Part shown: positions 60,743-64,000 of the stretch, piece after piece
Numbering within the stretch: the first letter of the stretch is position 1
Layout: every line of letters begins with the position of its first letter
Assembly: GCA_008690995.1 (NCBI GenBank)
Contig: VRMN01000003.1
Span: 2,108,001-2,172,000, forward strand
Direction: 5' to 3'
Length of the DNA: 64,000 nucleotides
DNA from: Porphyridium purpureum
Taxonomy: Eukaryota
Notes under the pieces: generated by a model
Told to the model about the DNA's origin: nothing
Database searches by the model: none
Seen by the model: only the letters and a program-made list of their open reading frames with translations
Translations under genes and position numbers: made by a program

Positions 60743-63169
60743 TCACTTATGGCTGCTCGGGTGGAACAGGTTGTCCAGCCGCTTCTCGACGGTTTGGAAG
60801 CGCGCCTGCAGCTTGCCAATCATGCTCAAGCTGGCTTCCAGATCCTTGCGCAGCTCCTCGCGCTCCGCGTGTAGCGCCTCCAGCTCGGCTTGGCCCTCGG
60901 GCGTGAGCGACGCAGACAGCTTCGATGTCGGCCGCGACGGCTGCTCGTCCGCCTCCACTTGCGCAACCGCGCCGGCAAGTGGTCTTGCATCGCGTGATTC
61001 AACGGCCGCAGCAGGCGCAACATGGTCCGCTGAGCCCTTTCGATCCATGTCTTTAAACCAGCTCGGTGTACTGACCTCCTCGCTCACAGGCTGCGGTTCG
61101 TCGCTGCCAGGCTTGGGCTCCTCGACAGACGAAGGGCTCTTCTTGAGAACACCTCCCCACGGATTGCTCTTGCTGCTGCTGCTGCCGCCGTCATTTACAG
61201 GTGATGCATCTGGAATTTGCTTCGCACTAGAATCGTTCGACTTTTGCGTCGTGCCCCATCGAGAGCGAGCCACATCGTACGAAGGTGATTCCGCGACCAC
61301 CGGCACTTTCTCCTCCTTCTCCTTTTCTTGCACTGGAGGCTTGCCACTGCCAGGGTGTAGCGCGGAAGCCCACGGCTTCGACGATCCAGATTCTGCAGGA
61401 GTAGCAGGTTCAAGATCCGTCATCTTGGCATCCCCTGACGCCTGCTCTGCATCTGGCACTTTTTTGTTTGATCGCAGCACCGAACCCCACGGGTTCGCTG
61501 ACGCAGATTCCGCGGGCGTAGGTGTTGCACGCTCAGTCTCTTTTGCATCCCCAGGTGCCTCCTCTGTATCTGGCAGTTTCTTGGTCGATCGCAGCACTGA
61601 ACCCCACGGGTTCGCTGACGCGGATTCCGCGGGCGTAGGCGTCTCACGCTCAGTCTCTTTTGCATCCACAGGTGCTTTTTCTGTGTCTGGCAAGGTCTTG
61701 GTCGAGCGCAGCACTGAGCCCCATGGGTTGGCAGGGGCCTCATTGGATGGCGCCGGAGCTGGCGATGCTGACGCAGGCGCCGCATCATCTGTGTCTGGCA
61801 ACTTTTTGTGTGATTTGAGCATCGACTTGTACATATTTGTAGGAGCCTCTTCCTCCTTTTTCGACTCCTCGGGGCGTGCCGGTGCCGGTGTCGGTGCCGG
61901 TGCCGGTGCTGGTGCTGACGGCTCGCAAGGTGTATCAGGTAACGTCTTGTTTGACTTGAGCACGGAACGCCACATGTTCACAGGCGGAATAGCCTCTTCT
62001 GCTGCATCTTTTTTCACTGTATCAGAGCGCTCTGGGGTTTCCGAGGCATGCGCAGGCGCGACCAAACTTGGTGGCTCAGGAGGCGCCACAAGATCTGCTT
62101 CCTTCTCGTCTTCTACAGCTGGCCTCTCTGAGCTTGCGGCAGCTGCGTCCTTATCCGCCGATTCGTCTGATTCGTCCGATTCGCCACTCGAACTTGAATC
62201 ATCGTCCGATGAGTCTACAAGCTTGTTGCGAGACTTCTGGCCCTTGGCCATCTCGTCCATTCGCTTCGACTTCTCGCGCTCAAGCGTTTTGTGTTGCTCC
62301 CACGCTTCTTGCTCCGCGCGCTCCTTGTCCAGCTTCTCCTTCAGCTCCTTATCTTTTTGCGCTTTCTTTTCCATTGCCATTATATACGCCTTGGATTTAC
62401 CCGCATAGGGATCGCCACCCGCAGCAGCAGGGGCTGGTGTTTCTGAAGCGGCCTGCGGTGCCGATGAAGACGAAGAGGAGGCTTCCCGGTTTAAGGATGA
62501 ACTCGTGGCAGTCGCCGTGGCCGCAATGGTCGCGGCGCCCGCGTTTTGCCCGGCGTCATCCTCATCATGCACTGCCAGTATCGGCCGATCCTGGTAGACG
62601 TCCGTCCTGGCAGAGCGTCTCAATTCATACACTTCAAGGTCCTTTTCCATATCCTTCTGGAACTGAAGCACCTTTGACCTATCGACCGTTGTGGAGCCAC
62701 GACCCAGCGGCATGGCCATTTGGGTATCCACGAGACCTTCCCCGACCATCTTACTCAATTGAACAGAGGCTTTGGACTCGAGCGCGGATGCCTCTGATTC
62801 TGGCGCGAGCTCCTGTCCTCCGGCTACGGCGTTCAAGAATTTAGTGAGCCTGATCTGCTCCTTCTCGGCCAGCTCTTTCTTGTGGTTGGCGACCCTGGCC
62901 TGCGCCTTTTTGACGACTTCCTCGCCGTACATGTCTTGGAAATCCTCGATCCTGCGCGGGCGGGACCACCCGACTGGCACCTTACCCGTCTGCCACGACA
63001 GCAGAAACTGCTGCGCCGCAATGAAGCGCATCGCCTGCATGGTGCCATCCTTCTCTTTCTCCTCGTACACCCACGGCTTATGATCCACCAGCTCAGACGC
63101 CGCAACCATCCTCATAATCAGCACTTCCTCGGTCGCCTTGCCGGCGCCACCTGCCTTCTTCGACCCCAT
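60743..63169 (-). CDS. Hypothetical protein with tandem NPWGSVLRS repeats and C-terminal coiled coil
   Basis: 2.4-kb ORF from ATG 63169: small N-terminal domain, charged helices, Pro/Ala/Glu-rich repeats and a terminal heptad helix. Confidence 0.8.
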   Translation of the reverse strand: MGSKKAGGAGKATEEVLIMRMVAASELVDHKPWVYEEKEKDGTMQAMRFIAAQQFLLSWQTGKVPVGWSRPRRIEDFQDMYGEEVVKKAQARVANHKKELAEKEQIRLTKFLNAVAGGQELAPESEASALESKASVQLSKMVGEGLVDTQMAMPLGRGSTTVDRSKVLQFQKDMEKDLEVYELRRSARTDVYQDRPILAVHDEDDAGQNAGAATIAATATATSSSLNREASSSSSSAPQAASETPAPAAAGGDPYAGKSKAYIMAMEKKAQKDKELKEKLDKERAEQEAWEQHKTLEREKSKRMDEMAKGQKSRNKLVDSSDDDSSSSGESDESDESADKDAAAASSERPAVEDEKEADLVAPPEPPSLVAPAHASETPERSDTVKKDAAEEAIPPVNMWRSVLKSNKTLPDTPCEPSAPAPAPAPTPAPARPEESKKEEEAPTNMYKSMLKSHKKLPDTDDAAPASASPAPAPSNEAPANPWGSVLRSTKTLPDTEKAPVDAKETERETPTPAESASANPWGSVLRSTKKLPDTEEAPGDAKETERATPTPAESASANPWGSVLRSNKKVPDAEQASGDAKMTDLEPATPAESGSSKPWASALHPGSGKPPVQEKEKEEKVPVVAESPSYDVARSRWGTTQKSNDSSAKQIPDASPVNDGGSSSSKSNPWGGVLKKSPSSVEEPKPGSDEPQPVSEEVSTPSWFKDMDRKGSADHVAPAAAVESRDARPLAGAVAQVEADEQPSRPTSKLSASLTPEGQAELEALHAEREELRKDLEASLSMIGKLQARFQTVEKRLDNLFHPSSHK
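61365..61735 (-). repeat. 117-bp (39-aa) coding tandem repeat, about 3.2 units, with more diverged flanking copies
   Basis: PW-encoding anchors at 61368, 61485, 61602 and 61719 (117-bp period). Confidence 0.92.
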
Positions 63170-64000
63170 CTTCCTTCCACCTGCCCTTGCACTTTTACTC
63201 GCTCCTTTCTTCCGCTTGTTCTTCAGCCTCTCCCTCTCCTCCCCGCTTCAAATTCTTCATGCAGCGCATCTCTTCCAATCCAACTACTACGCTCGACCTG
63301 TTCTCTATCAAATTCGTCGTGTTTACTAGGAATCCAGCCACAAAAATAAACGGGACGTTTGGCAGATTGTTCAACGAGTCTGTTGCGGGACTTACAGAGC
63401 CTCGGCACGTGTGCCGAGTGGTGTGTTTGATCCGTCTCCCTCTGGACTCGCGATCGCTTGCGGAAATGCTGGGCGTCAACAGAAAACGGACACGACGTCT
63501 TGTGCCTTGCCCCTCTGCCATCGCGCTCGACAACCTGCGCGCGCGCGCGCGTAACCGATGTGAGCTCACGAGAATTGAGCTGCGCAACTGGCCGGCACGG
63601 ATCGCAGCGCGCAGAAGTAAAAGCCTGCGTTGGCCCGCAAATCCCATCTCACCATGCATGTGAGCTGACCGAGGCCTCGCTCGGCTCCACAGATGTTCAT
63701 CACCGACCGGTCGAGAGGCTGCCCGGCGCCAGTTTCACATTGCCTACCTTTCTCGATGGCGATAAAGACAGAGCAGCACAGTGTCTTCCTTGCCACTCGT
63801 GCGTCGTGCAAGACGTCAATCACATCCTGCTGCTTCCCGTCTTCAGGCCCCGAGCTATCCAACACAACGACGCCTGCGGCGCCGCGCCTCACGCGCTTGG
63901 CGCACCAACCGCTGTACCTTGCGTGTCCACTGTACTTGTGTGAAAACCGCCCATCGGCTCTGGGTCTCTCCGCTGCGGCCTCGCAGAACGCGGCTTTTGT

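Noticed and set aside
61365..61735. Regularly spaced repeats as a CRISPR array
   Set aside because: Whole units are similar with no unique spacers, the period is a multiple of 3 within a CDS, and there are no cas genes.
60636..62408. 590-aa plus-strand ORF
   Set aside because: Antisense shadow of the 808-aa repeat protein. Its Ser/Ala/Gly/Phe composition mirrors the sense codons, and stops are rare at this GC content.
63195..64000. Short ORFs at the window end
   Set aside because: No recognisable motifs; the region looks like upstream/promoter DNA (CTGTAC pair at 63912 and 63930).

Overview
Gene-dense, GC-rich, essentially intron-free eukaryotic nuclear DNA. It most likely comes from a unicellular red alga (Porphyridium-like). 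This is inferred from uninterrupted multi-kb ORFs, eukaryote-specific genes (separase, PABP, WD40, RING, DNAJC9-like) and several plastid-type proteins whose N-termini carry the early Phe typical of rhodophyte transit peptides. About 26 protein-coding genes are supportable: HMA1-type P1B ATPase, a degenerate PLP-decarboxylase-fold giant protein, TPS/TPP-like GT20, zf-4CXXC protein, UAP, RING-D, NhaD, glyoxalase II, glutamate 5-kinase, parvulin-rhodanese, separase, an alpha-CA-like protein lacking Zn ligands, WDR59/WDR24-like, a Ser/Thr kinase with a decayed tandem copy, two DnaJs, a TIGR04283-like GT2, PABP, a YghU-like GST, PNPase and several unknowns with tandem peptide repeats. No rRNA, tRNA, CRISPR array or recognisable mobile element was seen. 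The most interesting signals are a recurrent GTACAG(T/C)G promoter motif, several pseudo-enzymes, a possible arsenosugar-type glycosyltransferase, a TPS with altered acceptor residues (possible floridoside synthase), and co-occurrence of genes of reported chlamydial/bacterial affinity. All family assignments were made by eye from motif recall; no database search was run.
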